From positions 1,488,001-1,552,000 of the forward strand of contig NEEC01000021.1 in NCBI GenBank assembly GCA_002189035.1: a DNA stretch of 64,000 nt. The letters are read 5' to 3'. Position 1 is the first letter of the stretch. Each line of letters begins with the position of its first letter. Positions 25,801 to 37,575 of this stretch are shown here, piece by piece. The notes under the pieces were generated by a model that did no database searches, had not been told where the DNA came from, and worked only from the letters and a program-made list of their open reading frames with translations. The DNA comes from Utricularia gibba. Its lineage: Eukaryota; Plantae; Magnoliophyta. The translations under genes and the position numbers were made by a program.

Positions 25801-27422
25801 TATTTGTTGCCGGCTCAAGTAGGAGAGGCCATGGGCCCACAGACGTCACTGGTAACAACTTCCAATTTTTTCTGAGAATGAATGCTGGACTTAGGGAGTG
25901 GTGTTCGGCTCATCTTCCCTTGAAAGCATATTCTGCAGTGTTTTTCCTCAGGAATTATATTAGGAATCCCCTCTGCCAGGTTTCTCTTCTTCATGGATAT
26001 AAGGGAGGCATAGTGATGGTGACCTAACCGTTGGTGCCAAATCTCAGATGATTCTAGGGACTTGAGGCAAATGTTGTAATCGATGGATGTAGCATTCGGA
26101 AGCAGTGGAAAGACCCTATCAGTCATAGCAACCGTAAGGAGTATATTATCTTCTTCATCTAATATTTTGCACTCATTACTTTCCAGATGAACTTTCATCC
26201 CCTTTTCAACCAGCTGGCCAGTGCTCAGCAGATTGTGGTAGGCCTGGGGCACCAGATACACGTCTGTGATCTTGATTAATTTCTGGACAGTTTCAAGGCA
26301 AACTGTTCCTTGACCGATGACCTGTAAGTGATTTCCATCAGCAATTTCGATTACTTTCCCAGTTAGCTCGATGAAGGTTGTGAATAGACTCTTGTCGTTG
26401 GTTATATGATGACTGCATCCGCTATCGATAAACCAGATGTCTTGTTTCCTTAGATCCACAAATGATGTGATTAGAGTTTTGCGGCGCAGAGAGTAAATAT
26501 CAATCTTCTTCTTATTCATTTCAGCTGCGAGATTTACATCATTCATAGCGCTAGTAAGTTTGTCCTTAGGATCTGCAGCCTTTCCTCCAATCTGATGGTA
26601 TTTTTTCAGGGGACACACTTTGTCCACATGACCTTGGAGAGAACAGTATAGGCATTTGGCGTCAGGGCTCCAGAAACATTGTGTTGGTGAATGGCCTTTT
26701 CGCTTGCAGAATGGGCATGAATCTCCAGTACTTGGTTTCTCAATTTTTGCTTGAAAGATCACCGGTTCATTTGATGATTGAGAACCATAGCCTTTCTGAT
26801 TTTCTGTTGCCTTGAAGGCAAGTTCCTGGCCTTCACCAAGTCCGACTTCAACTTCGGATTCACTGAGTCTTTCTAGTAGTTTTCTGGAGGATATGGAGTG
26901 AATGCCTGTGACCCGCAAAGTAGTGACTACAGGGGCAAAGGACCGCGGTAGGGAACTGAGTATTTTTGATTTAATTCTTCTGTCTTCCAAGGGCTCTCCC
27001 AAGGTCTGTAACTCAGTGACAATTTTGATTAGCGTTTCTGAAAAATGAGAGATACTCATACCTGGTAAGAATTTCAGGTTGTCAAAGAGCTCCCATTGAC
27101 GTTGAATGCGGCTCTCACGGGCTTCCGTATCCTCTCCGTAGAATTCCTCCAATTTTTTCCAGATGTCTTTGGGACTTTTCAGTAGCATAACACGGTTGAA
27201 CACTTCTTCAGATAAGGCTTGATCCAGAGCATACTTAGCTTTCTTTACTTGAGCATCTGTGAGTTTGAGACTTTCTGCTGTGGCTATTTCAGAGGAGTCT
27301 GGACGTACAGGATCCACCACAGACCATAAGTCGTTCATTTGCAGGTAACTTTCCATTCGTACTGCCCAAGAAGCGTAGCGCTGACCAGTGAAGATTGGAG
27401 GAGCTTGTTGGAGGGCTGCCAT
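22574..27422 (-). pseudogene. Copia gag-pol polyprotein interrupted by two in-frame TGA codons and two 1-nt frameshifts
   Basis: PR WFIDSGCSHH; INT WHQRLGH..CRIC, SDVCGP, SDNGGEY, QNGICERKNR; RT LHHLDIKTAFLHG, YVDDIL; RH FVDSD, SSAEAEY, DNKSAI. TGA at 25815-25817 and 24614-24616; frameshifts near 25475 and 24750-24800. Confidence 0.92.
22813..22821 (-). other. Polypurine tract (AGGGAGGAA)
   Basis: Purine run immediately 5' of the 3' LTR start (TGTCAGC) on the element strand. Confidence 0.85.
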
Positions 27423-27469
27423 TCTGAGAGACTGCAATGATAAGAGGAGATGGGAGTCGGTGAAGTATC

Positions 27470-27487
27470 TTCACGTCGGGTTCACCA
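27470..27487 (-). other. Primer-binding site complementary to the 3' 18 nt of cytosolic tRNA-Trp
   Basis: Minus strand TGGTGAACCCGACGTGAA directly after the 5' LTR. Plant tRNA-Trp(CCA) ends ...TTCACGTCGGGTTCA-CCA as I recall it. Confidence 0.85.
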
Positions 27488-27934
27488 TAAAAGTATTTTT
27501 GGCTGCTTGATTTTGTTGGAGACTTGGTTGAACGTTGAGAGAATGTTGAAGTTTGTGGATATTGACTATTGTTTTTGGATCGAAAAGAACTTTCTTTTTT
27601 TTTTCATAAAGCAAACAGGGATTTATATAGATGAGGAGAGTTGCCCGTTGGATCATATCAGGCCTAAAATATGACCGTTGCCTTTAGTCTGTAGATTAGT
27701 CCTCTTGTTCATCTACTGTGTAGCAGCCAGAATTTACTAGGACTTCTTTCATGGACTGGGCTTCAGATGCTTCTTCTTGGGCCAGTAGTTTGGAATGTTG
27801 AGGCCCAAGTATGATAAGGCCTTTTTCCCAATCTAATCGAGGGTTGCTTCTCATGGGAGGAACAGAGGTCGCGCGCCATTCATCTTCGCGGGTTGAGACT
27901 TCCCGGATCTTCGTTGCTCCACCACTTGCTGACA
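27488..27934 (-). repeat. 5' LTR (447 bp), TG...TA
   Basis: Starts TGTCAGCAAG and ends ...AAAATACTTTTA on the minus strand; TATA-like box at 27621-27630. Confidence 0.97.
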
Positions 27935-29554
27935 GAAACCGACTCCATTGCTGCATTAAGAAGGTATTTCTGAAACCATCCAACCCACTCACTTCTCCAT
28001 GTCTTCTTCCACTCAGAGATCATGTGGGTGCAGACTTACGGCAAAACTGGATGCTGCTGCTTCCACTGATGCGAGAAGGCGTGATGAATGGCGCCCCTCT
28101 GGAACCACCCAAGCACCATCACACCCATGGGTACTTCCACTTACCAGCTTTCTACTATTTCCACAAACTTCATGTACGTTTCCGGTTTCCAATGTTTCCC
28201 TCTTCTGCTAATCCGAAATTCGGGAACGCCTCCTCTGAAAATCAGCAACCTCCAAGCACGACTAAAGCTCAGATTCCACCAAGAGATGCGGAGGCTGATG
28301 CTGATACAGATGCTGTGTTGAGTCAACTGAAAAGGTAAGTGAAGGATGATCACTTTCACAAATAACTTTCTTCAACAAAAGTCAAGTTTTTTTTCCGTGA
28401 AGAGTGGTTGAGTGGTAGCTGAATGAATCCAGTTCACTTGATGATGATTAACTGTCTGTGTTGCTGCCCAGGCTCATGTTATCGCCAGGTTGGGAGAAGC
28501 TACTGGAAAGAATGGAAGGTACGGCTCCTGAGCAGCGTCTTCCACGGCCGAGCGCATACGCCTCCAGTCAACTTCCTCGGAGTCCCCAATTACTGCTGAT
28601 CCCATCCATCTCCGCATTCCCTCCAGTATATGGATACGCCACCCGAGTACCCGAGTTCCGGGTATGCACTTCTCCAGAAAGAAATATACAGCTTCTGCTA
28701 AGCTAACCAGTTTCCTCTGTTCATTTCTTTTCTTGATTTGTCGCCTCAGGTGCCATCTAGAGACGAGGTTGGAGTGGTATTTGTTCACGTTGAAGGGTAT
28801 ATATAGCACAGTAATATAAGCATACTTTTTGGCGTCTCTCTGACACTGATCATGAATTGTTTGATTTGCCAGCCTGTTTTCTTCCCCGGAGTTTGAAACT
28901 CTGAACAGGGAGATGGACCATGGACTAAATCCGATGCGTGATGCTCTCCGTCTTTCCACCAGAACTCCAGATCTCAGGGTATTTCAAAAAGAAAATCTCT
29001 CGATTATTGATTATTGCATGCATATCCTTTCTAAGTCGAAATTCCATGGCAGTCTGCAATGATGTCCGCCATGAAAGGCCTTTCTACTGATGAAAAGGTG
29101 TGGCATGCGATCTGCGAAAACCCAGAAATTCAGGAATTCACAACCGCCGTCAAAGCAATGAAAGGTGAGTTTTGCTCTCTCTACAGAACTCTTAAATGTT
29201 TACAGCAGATATTGATACACGACGGTGACATGCAGCTCAGGGGAGCTACCGGACGTCTGCACTCAAATTGTGAAATACTCCTCCTCTCAAAGGGCCTTAG
29301 CCGGTCCTTGTCCAAACGTCCTGGTCGAGTGCTTGAAACGGATCATGAAATGGGGCAAAGAGAAGATTCGCAAACTCGTATCAGTGACCAAGAAAACTTT
29401 GAAGAACATCAAAGACAGTGTCGCTAGATTCTTCAAAAACGCTGAAGAGATGGGAAACATGCTATATTGTTCAATGATCAACGCTCTCTCTGTGATCGCG
29501 CTTCGAATCTTAGTTCCCCAGATAGGCTTAATAGGGCTTGGCCTATTAAGTTAA
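27935..29554 (+). CDS. Uncharacterised UCP012943-like gene, divergent and probably disrupted; its first exon may begin at 22302/22318 on the other side of the copia insertion
   Basis: Spliced DALRLSTRTPDLR (ends 28978) / SAMMSAMKGLSTDEKVWHAICENPEIQEF (from 29053) resembles the AFxLLxxxPxxQ..SLSSDxxVWDAVxxNxxxxEF core of that family. A hydrophobic C-terminus follows. Several good GT-AG sites are present, but the 5' exons and one junction do not join cleanly. Confidence 0.45.
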
Positions 29555-29841
29555 AGCATCCTCCTGCTGTTGATTTTGGCCTATTAAGTTCCCCAGATGT
29601 TATAGAGTTTTCATGAATACACCGCCGTGTGTTGTAAATTGATGTTTCAGTTGGTTTTCAATGCTTTGATCATCATCTCCATAATAAAGATTGCAGCTTG
29701 TAGCAGGAAACTTCGTTTTCGCATTTTCGATCCAAGAATTTTGATCCCTGCCCAGGAATAAAACTGCTGATATTTATACAGAAGGTGGATGCATTGGATT
29801 GGCATCTCACTTGATGAAAACAATCTTCCTGAACACAAGGA

Positions 29842-29877
29842 GAAGAAGAAGAAGAAGAAGAAGAAGAAGAAGAAGAA
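29842..29877. repeat. (GAA)12 microsatellite in the ARM gene 3' flank
   Basis: Perfect GAA run. Confidence 0.9.
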
Positions 29878-29895
29878 GGAACAGTTTGCTCCTCT

Positions 29896-31581
29896 CTACC
29901 CTCTGAGGAAGAGGCTCTTGATTTTCCCTCTCTCGAGTCGGTCGAGCAGCTTCTTTGCACCCGGGACGCCGGAATCAGTGAGCTTCTTCAGATATCCGAT
30001 CGCCCCATACGAGATCATCAGCTTCTTGCATCTGCTGCTGGAGGAGAGTGATCCCAGGCAGAAGACGGCGTACTTCTTTGCTGTGTTTTGAGGACTGGGG
30101 TTGAGTAAAGCAACCAAATTCGGTATGCTTTTGTCGTCTTTCTTCACTTCTCTGCAGTTGCTGGGAACTGTCATCAAGCTAGCAACAGCCTGTGCTGCAA
30201 CCTCCCTACCGGCGCCGCCTTTGGCTTCAAGCATTCTAACAAGAAGAGGGATGCACCCACCTTCTCCCACGTAGCGTTTCATCTCACCGGAGATGCAAAT
30301 TTGACAGATTGCAGAGGCGGATGCTTGCTGTGCTCCGGCGGAGCCCGATTTCAGAACGTGGGCTAGCGTTCGTACAACGCCGGAAGACATCAGAACCTCT
30401 GGTGAGACACAGGTAACCAAGTTTCTTAACGCGCAGGCTGCTGCTTCTTGAGGCAACGGGCCGTCGAGATAAGCAAGCAAGCTTTGAAATCCACCTTCTG
30501 CGACGGCGCGTCGCTTCAGAGCGTCGCTGCTCGAAGTGAGATTCTGCAAACATTCAGCTGCATATTCCTTTGATCCCAGCAAAGCACCATGGCGAAGAAT
30601 ATGGATCATAACCTTGATGATCCCTTCGTCAGCCAGAGTTTGACGAGTCTCGGGCACCACAGACAGATTCTTCAACGTACAAGTAGCTGTAGCCTGCAAA
30701 ACCGACTCCCCATTTTCACATATCTCTATCAAGGGCCGCACACCGCCATGGCCAACAATAGAACGACATGTTTCCGGCGACATCGACAGCCACCGGAGTG
30801 CGACGATGGCCTTATCATGGCCTAGAGAATTCCCAGATTCGATAAGCCTTATGAGCGGTGGTAGGACACCTTCAGAAACGAGCCAGTCCTCGCATCTCCC
30901 AGACTCTGCAAGCCAACAGATTACGGTGACAGTTTTCTCTCTGATCTTAGGAGAAGTAGCAGTGAGCAGCTGCACCAGAGCTGTGATATTGCTTCTTCTG
31001 ATAACAGAAACCACATTATTTTCATCCTTTTTCATCACTTCCATCAGGCTGTCCAGTGCCTTATGCTTGGATTCTAGATGGCCTATTTGAAGACGAGCAA
31101 ATAGATCACATAAATTCCGATAAGAACCTGCAGCCTCTGTCTCCACTGAAGTATCAGGCGCTTTAGATGGAAGCGGCGCATCCCCAAGAACACCAGTCTT
31201 GATCAAGAGCCCACAATCACGTAGATTCATGTCGAGCTTTCCCACAAGTGCATCAAGACTGCTCTGCATTTGAAGCTTTCCTTCATACTTATGCTTCAAG
31301 CAAGAATTAGCCAACTCAATGGCTTCCTTCAGGTTTACACAGACAGTTTGTAGCTGCTCGTTACAAAGAGTATTCTTGGAAAAGAGAGGATGAGTAGATA
31401 AGTCAGATAATCTCGATGGAATCTGCTCTAATTTTGAGATGATCATCTTCCATTTGACAGGGAATTCTGTGACCTCTCTGGCCATATTTAGTGTCCTAGG
31501 AGCAAGTTCTTGCGCACAAGCAAGCCATTCTTCAGCTGATATGCCACTGGGAGCAGAATTGTCTGCCTTGCCATCGGCCAT
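29896..31581 (-). CDS. ARM-repeat superfamily protein (no U-box), intronless CDS
   Basis: Uninterrupted ORF from MADGKADNS; armadillo repeats (EGVLPPLIRLIESG, HGGVRPLIEIC, GCIPLLVRMLEAK); ends LERGKIKSLFLRG. Confidence 0.92.
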   Translation of the reverse strand: MADGKADNSAPSGISAEEWLACAQELAPRTLNMAREVTEFPVKWKMIISKLEQIPSRLSDLSTHPLFSKNTLCNEQLQTVCVNLKEAIELANSCLKHKYEGKLQMQSSLDALVGKLDMNLRDCGLLIKTGVLGDAPLPSKAPDTSVETEAAGSYRNLCDLFARLQIGHLESKHKALDSLMEVMKKDENNVVSVIRRSNITALVQLLTATSPKIREKTVTVICWLAESGRCEDWLVSEGVLPPLIRLIESGNSLGHDKAIVALRWLSMSPETCRSIVGHGGVRPLIEICENGESVLQATATCTLKNLSVVPETRQTLADEGIIKVMIHILRHGALLGSKEYAAECLQNLTSSSDALKRRAVAEGGFQSLLAYLDGPLPQEAAACALRNLVTCVSPEVLMSSGVVRTLAHVLKSGSAGAQQASASAICQICISGEMKRYVGEGGCIPLLVRMLEAKGGAGREVAAQAVASLMTVPSNCREVKKDDKSIPNLVALLNPSPQNTAKKYAVFCLGSLSSSSRCKKLMISYGAIGYLKKLTDSGVPGAKKLLDRLERGKIKSLFLRG

Positions 31582-33206
31582 GAGCGTGCACTCAAGCTGT
31601 AAAAGATACTGAAAAAAACACATAAAAATGGAACCTTCAAAAGTAGAAAGTGATGAAGCAACTATCCACTTTGCAGAGAAGAAGAATACATGAAACTCAA
31701 TGAGAAAACAGCCTGGGTAGAACAACAAACTCCGATGAAGAAGACAGAAAATCCAAGACTCACCAAAAGGAACTTTTCAATGAGTATAAAGTCATTCAAA
31801 CAAATGTAGATTCCTGCCTATACTTCTCATCATTATTGAGGAAAAGGAAAGAACTTCATCTACAGAACCCCGAAAGCTGGATGAGACAAACAGAGTCCAA
31901 AGAAATTATAACATCGAGCTCCTAGAAATTTCTGTTGTAATGGATAAATCAGTGGGCTATAGTAACGCACTTCCCTTACAAGAGAAGGTAAGAACTCAAT
32001 CACAAAGCCAACAGAATCTTAAAAATATTGTGGGCTCCTATTGTTTAACTTCTTTTAAATTGCTCCTGGAATTCACGGCAATATACAGCTTCTTGAAACC
32101 CACCCACTATGTCACTACTTCATCTGTAAGCAATCAGCTACAAAAACTCAAGAAGCAGTCAATGAAAGTCGAAAAAAACAAGGAAAACTGAGAAGCAACA
32201 AAGAAGCGTCGCGCTCACAAGACCCCATTTCTCTCTATCCTCCGTTGCTAGCATATTGTAGATGATAGGAAGAAACTACGAAAGTATGGGGCAAAATAAC
32301 TGAACATGTCAAACTCTTTTCCTTGAATGGGAGAAGCATTTACCCTTTCAAAGGCTCGAGCTTGCAGTTCAAACTGTAAACAACCAAGATTTCAGAAATC
32401 AGCTCATCAACTCTCCAGTCTCCATAAAGAGATTCTCTTCTCTCTCCCTCTCTCTGTAGGATCCTACAAATTTCTGGTAGTGGGGTTCTGGACGAAGGGC
32501 AATTAATTAACTAATATAAAGCCAAAAGCATGTGAGCTCCGACCGTCACCCACAATCAGAATCCGCCCGTTGAGAGTGGGGCATACAAATTTTGAAATAA
32601 CAATTCTTTCTAGGGTCATCTAGAAAAGATGGCTTCTTTCTACAAGGACGACTGATGTGGTAGCCGGAGCGTCATGCATGACACAGGAGTGGGGACACGG
32701 TGTCCGGTGTTCTTCCCACGTGTCGTCTGTCGTCTGTCCTCTACGTTTTGAACTGCCCTTCTGGGTTACAGGCGTGCTCCCAGTTGATTTTCCCCACCTC
32801 CCAATTTCCAATGATCACTGCAATCGTTTCTGCCAACCGATTGTCAGAGCTTCGGTGGCCCAGACCAGTCACCAACCTCGTTCAGAAAAAATAAGTTCGG
32901 GTAACAAGATGACATCAAAAAACGTTCAAACTCCATCAAACAAAACAACAAGAAAAGTCTCCATGGCCATTCACTCATTCCTCAAAAACCCAAATCCTAC
33001 AAACCCATCGCCTTCCAAGAACTGGAGAGCGCGATCCCAAAACTCCCCTGGCTTTCTCAGAGTAGCAGTAGCAACACAGGTCACCAAGAGAGCGAGAGAG
33101 AAGATGGGCTGGGCCTGTCCTCGCACATTCCATCTCCCCGCTTGGACACGAACCTGAAAAGTCACATGTTTGGACCAGCCCAATACTTTCATGGATCCAG
33201 ACAACA

Positions 33207-33242
33207 TGTGTGTGTGTGTGTGTGTGTGTGTTTTTTTTTTTT
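33207..33242. repeat. (TG)12 microsatellite followed by T12
   Basis: Directly visible. Confidence 0.9.
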
Positions 33243-34381
33243 AGTGTAGGGGAGGGAGATCGTGCCTTTGTGCACGGTTGACCTGACTTATTTTATTCGT
33301 GGATATACAACATTAAAAATGTGTAGGAAAAGCCAGCTAGGTGTAAAACGGTGTCGTATTGAGTGGGGAAGAATCAATTATGTCATTAATCCCTGCCGTC
33401 TAAGTCATTAATTAGTGCCCTAATCACCCACTAGCTTTCACATAGCTCAATTAAACCACTCGGGCGTGCTTAAGTCCGGTTTGTGTGCGCATTAATTAAT
33501 TATAGTTCAGCAATTCAGAATACGATGATTTGTCCTAAAAATTTTAAAAAATAATTTTATTATCAAATACAATTAATTTATTCTTAAAAAACGATATAAA
33601 TGTAAAAACACTTATCATTTTTAAGAAGATGCAAAATTTTCGTCCTTATTTTATTAACAACTCTTTTCGAAAAGTACGGACAAAATTGGAATATACGAGT
33701 CATGTTTACATAAATCAACTCCGAAACCAAATTATATTTAAATAAAAAATTTAAATTAAATTTTGATAATTTTAAGTATACTATTGGATGAGAATATTTT
33801 GATTTAAAAGCATACTCTAAATATTTTAATAAAAGGGTAAATTATTAAATAAATACTAGTTTAATTCTTTAATTGGAGGGTTAACAACCTAATTACTGTA
33901 TTATTTTATTAAACAAAGGTCGCTATTTTTCTAAAAATAGCGTATTCACTGCATATTATATAGGCGTGGTTGGTAGGCACCTAGGAGAGAAAAATAATAT
34001 AAAAATTTGTATATTCTATTTCGGTGCTCGGTGCCTGAGAAGACTTCGCCGGTGGTAGTAATTGCACCGGAGGATTCAGGGATTTCTTAAAAATAAATAC
34101 TTCATTCGTTGTTTTTCTTGGGTGTCCCGTTGAAAATTCTTAGCTGAAAATGGAAAAAAATCGAGTATGGTGTTGAGAAATTACGCTTCTCTGTGGGGAT
34201 CCAAGTTTTCTTTCTTGATTTCACCTTCTGGGAACTGGGAACTGCAAAGCATGTTTCTTTTTGTGGTAAAGTTGTGAACTTTTTTTGTGTTTTTTCCGCT
34301 TCCCCATTCGGCTGCATGCAGAGGTATTTGAGGAACTTGGTGTTCCTTTGAAACCCATCAGCTGTCTATGAGATTGTGAAG

Positions 34382-36014
34382 ATGAAGAAGGGAGAGCAAG
34401 GGCGGTCTCTGCTTGGGATTTCGTTAACTGAAAGGCCCAAATGGCAACAGTTTCTGATTTGCGGTTCAGGGTTTTTCTTTGGTTATCTGGTTAATGGCAT
34501 CTGTGAGGTAATTTGCGTGTTTCTTTGTCTCCTGATTACGTTTGATCTTGCAATAATGTTAATTGGGTCAAGCTGAAACTATGATCCTGTACACTGTTTC
34601 AATTTGAATCCGGAAAAAACACTGAAGAATGAGTGAATGCATGAGAATAGAACTCTGTTTCTGATAACTTGATATTCTGTGTGCAATTTGCAGGAGTTCG
34701 TGTACAATAGACTCCAGTTCAGGTGAAACAAAACACAGAAGTGTTTCATTATTTATCTTCACCTGTTCTTGTTTAAATTCTTTGATTAACTTAGAAGTTT
34801 TTGCTGGTTTCCATTGCAGTTATGGTTGGTATTTTACTTTTGTCCAAGGATGGGTTTATGTTTTGTTGATTTACCTTCAAGGATTTACCCCAAAAGACAT
34901 GGTGAATCCATGGAAGACTTATGTAAAGCTCTCTGGTGTGCTGATGGGCTCACATGGACTCACCAAGGGGTCCCTGGCTTTTCTCAATTACCCTGCACAG
35001 ATCATGTTCAAGTCTACCAAGGTGAAAGAAAGCTTTACGTTTTTCCTGTTTCTTCCTGGAGTTTGATCCTTCAAAGATGGCTACTGATCAGCCTAATTGT
35101 GAGCAGGTTCTTCCGGTGATGATAATGGGAGCCTTCATTCCAGGCCTGAGACGAAAGTATCCTCCCCATGAGTATCTATCTGCTGTGCTCTTGGTGGTGG
35201 GATTGATCCTCTTCACCCTCGCAGATGCGAAAACTTCTCCGAACTTCAGTGTCGTCGGTGTCGTAATGATATCCGGCGCCTTGATCTTGGATGCTTTCAT
35301 GGGGAACTTACAAGAAGTGATCTTTACTCTGAATCCAGAAACCACACAGGCATGTTACAGCTAACTTCTTCCTCAGTTCATATGCTCCCCTTCCTTTTCC
35401 CCCATTGCATTTGCCATAAGCATTACCTGGCACAGATGGAAATGCTCTTCTGCACAACGCTCGTCGGAATGCCGTTCCTAGTCCTCCCAATGCTGCTAAC
35501 CGGAGAAGTCTTCCGGGCATGGAGCTCTTGCTCAAAGGTATGGAGTCTTTGGATCCCCGGAAAGAATCCATAGACATTCTAACATGGTTTCTCTCTTACA
35601 ATGCAGCATCCATACGTCTACGGGGTGCTGGTTTTCGAAGCGATGGCCACATTCGTGGGACAAATCTCCGTCCTCTCCCTCATCGCATTGTTCGGTGCCG
35701 CCACTACAGCCATGGTAAGCAACGCCCTCAGTTTCCCATCAAACATACTGAAAAACTTAATCCATAGCCATGAACTCCGGCAGGTTACAACAGCAAGGAA
35801 GGCTGTGACTCTGCTCCTCTCTTATCTGATCTTCACCAAGCCCTTGACCGAGCAACACGCCACCGGTCTGCTGCTGATAGCGATGGGGATCGCACTGAAG
35901 ATGTTGCCGGAAAACAAGTCTCCGAGAAAGCAGGAGCCGCCGCCTCCGGAAACCGTCAGCCAAGTACTCCAAATCGGCGCCGAGGAGGAGGAAGAGAAGA
36001 AACCATTGGTATGA
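34382..36014 (+). CDS. UTR2/UTR4: UDP-galactose/UDP-glucose transporter 2/4-like (SLC35B3/PAPST2 family); 7 exons
   Basis: [68 protein letters not shown]; exons join in frame at GT-AG sites. Confidence 0.93.
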
Positions 36015-37575
36015 AAAAACGCAAAGCTCAATAGCTATTCAATTTACTAACTAATTCGTACAATGAAGAATACGAAATTACACAAAACACCCCACGTTTT
36101 TTCCCTCAACACTCATGACCCTTTTAGTAAATTCTTTTTTTTTTTTGGAAAAAAAACATCATATTACAATTAGTTTCATAAAAAAAATCAATTTTTAAAT
36201 GATAAAAACCAAAATTGATTTTCAGTTGCTGTGGAAAAATCAAAGAAAGGTGGCATCATCAAAGAGTGAGCATGGATTGGTGGTACGGAGCTCGGGAACG
36301 GGAAATCAAGAAAAATGAACGTGGGATCAAGACAGTTCTATGTCCCTAACCTTTTGTTCTGAAAATAAATAATAAATAATCAATTTTAAAGAAAAAAATA
36401 CAATTCGCCATCTTATACTTTTATTTGAGGATGATTCTTCCTTCTAGATTCTTAGAATCTACAAGACTATTGAAATTTAAGAATATTTTTGAAGAGTTAA
36501 ATTAGTATGAATGAACAACTAATTTATCATATGCTTTAAAAAATTATATAAGATAAATTATATATGTGATAAGCACTAGTTTGCACAAATACGGTCGTGT
36601 GCAATATTGTTGTACTTTACAAGTTGTGACAATTACCAATTAAATATATATGCAATCCTAAGTGGTACTAATGTCTTTTCTAAATATGATAAACGCTAGT
36701 TAAAATATACTTAGTCGTGTAAATTGTGATAATGTTTTTTTTCACAAGTTATGACAATCACTAATTAGAAGGGAATATATTTAAATAAAGGTAATCTTCT
36801 AATATTATATGAGACGTTTTTCTTTAAAATGAAAATATAAATTATGAGATTTAAGATGTTCGAAATAAATAATATCATGAGTATATCTTGACATATATAT
36901 ATTATTTTATAAAAATATATATATTTCTTAAAAATATTGATTTTTGTATTCTTAAATTGTGTTTGAAGATTGGTCGCTCTCGTAATTGGTGGGCTCAAGA
37001 GGTCCATGTCAAATAAATGCACATAAAACATTTTGCGTACTACATAGTGGGCCGCAGCAGGCCCAGTCGGTAACGAAATTGATACGGTTGGGCCCTAGAG
37101 GACCAGACACCCAATCAGATGTTTTTTTTTTCAAGGACAATAAATATCTTACCAAAAATCTAAATACACACAAGCGCCAAAGGCATAAAAAATCAATTTA
37201 AAAATTATTATTATTAAAACCCACTTTTAACTAGAGGATTAACTACTGAATAAGACGCGAATGCGCATGATTGTCCGGACCACTCCGGCCACTTGCAAGA
37301 ACGCAAGAGAGACAGCCCCAAGGAGACAAGTTAAGGAAACAAGGCAAATGGAATGAAGGTGCGCGGTTGGTTGGAGTTGGACACGTGGGCACCCGGGGGA
37401 GGTCGATATTTCAGATTCCATTAATTCATCCAACACATGGTGCTTCCATGTTAACAAAAAAATTTTAATTTTTTAAAATTGAAGGATTATGAATTAAATT
37501 ATTTTAAGTGGGAAGTAAATTCGTGATTTATTTATTGTGAATTAGGTGGGGTTGTGAGTTATGAGGGAAGCGTGG

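Larger units (their letters stand above)
22365..27934 (-). mobile_element. Full-length Ty1/copia LTR retrotransposon (5,570 bp), probably Ivana/Oryco-like
   Basis: Two LTRs, 5-bp TSD GAAAC (22360-22364 and 27935-27939), PBS, PPT, and gag-PR-INT-RT-RH order. The lineage guess rests on the gag start PPIFTGQRYASWAVRMESYL, a double zinc knuckle joined by CFWSPDAKC, and short LTRs. Confidence 0.97.

Noticed and set aside
27470-27487. tRNA gene
   Set aside because: Only the 3' 18 nt including CCA are present. Eukaryotic tRNA genes do not encode CCA, and the position next to the LTR identifies it as a PBS.
27696-27992. 98-aa ORF as an independent gene
   Set aside because: It is the 5' LTR copy of the frame seen at the end of pol, plus flanking DNA.
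36560-36770. Degenerate ~125-bp direct repeat
   Set aside because: Visible but low identity and AT-rich; likely an old transposon fragment, with no boundaries to call.
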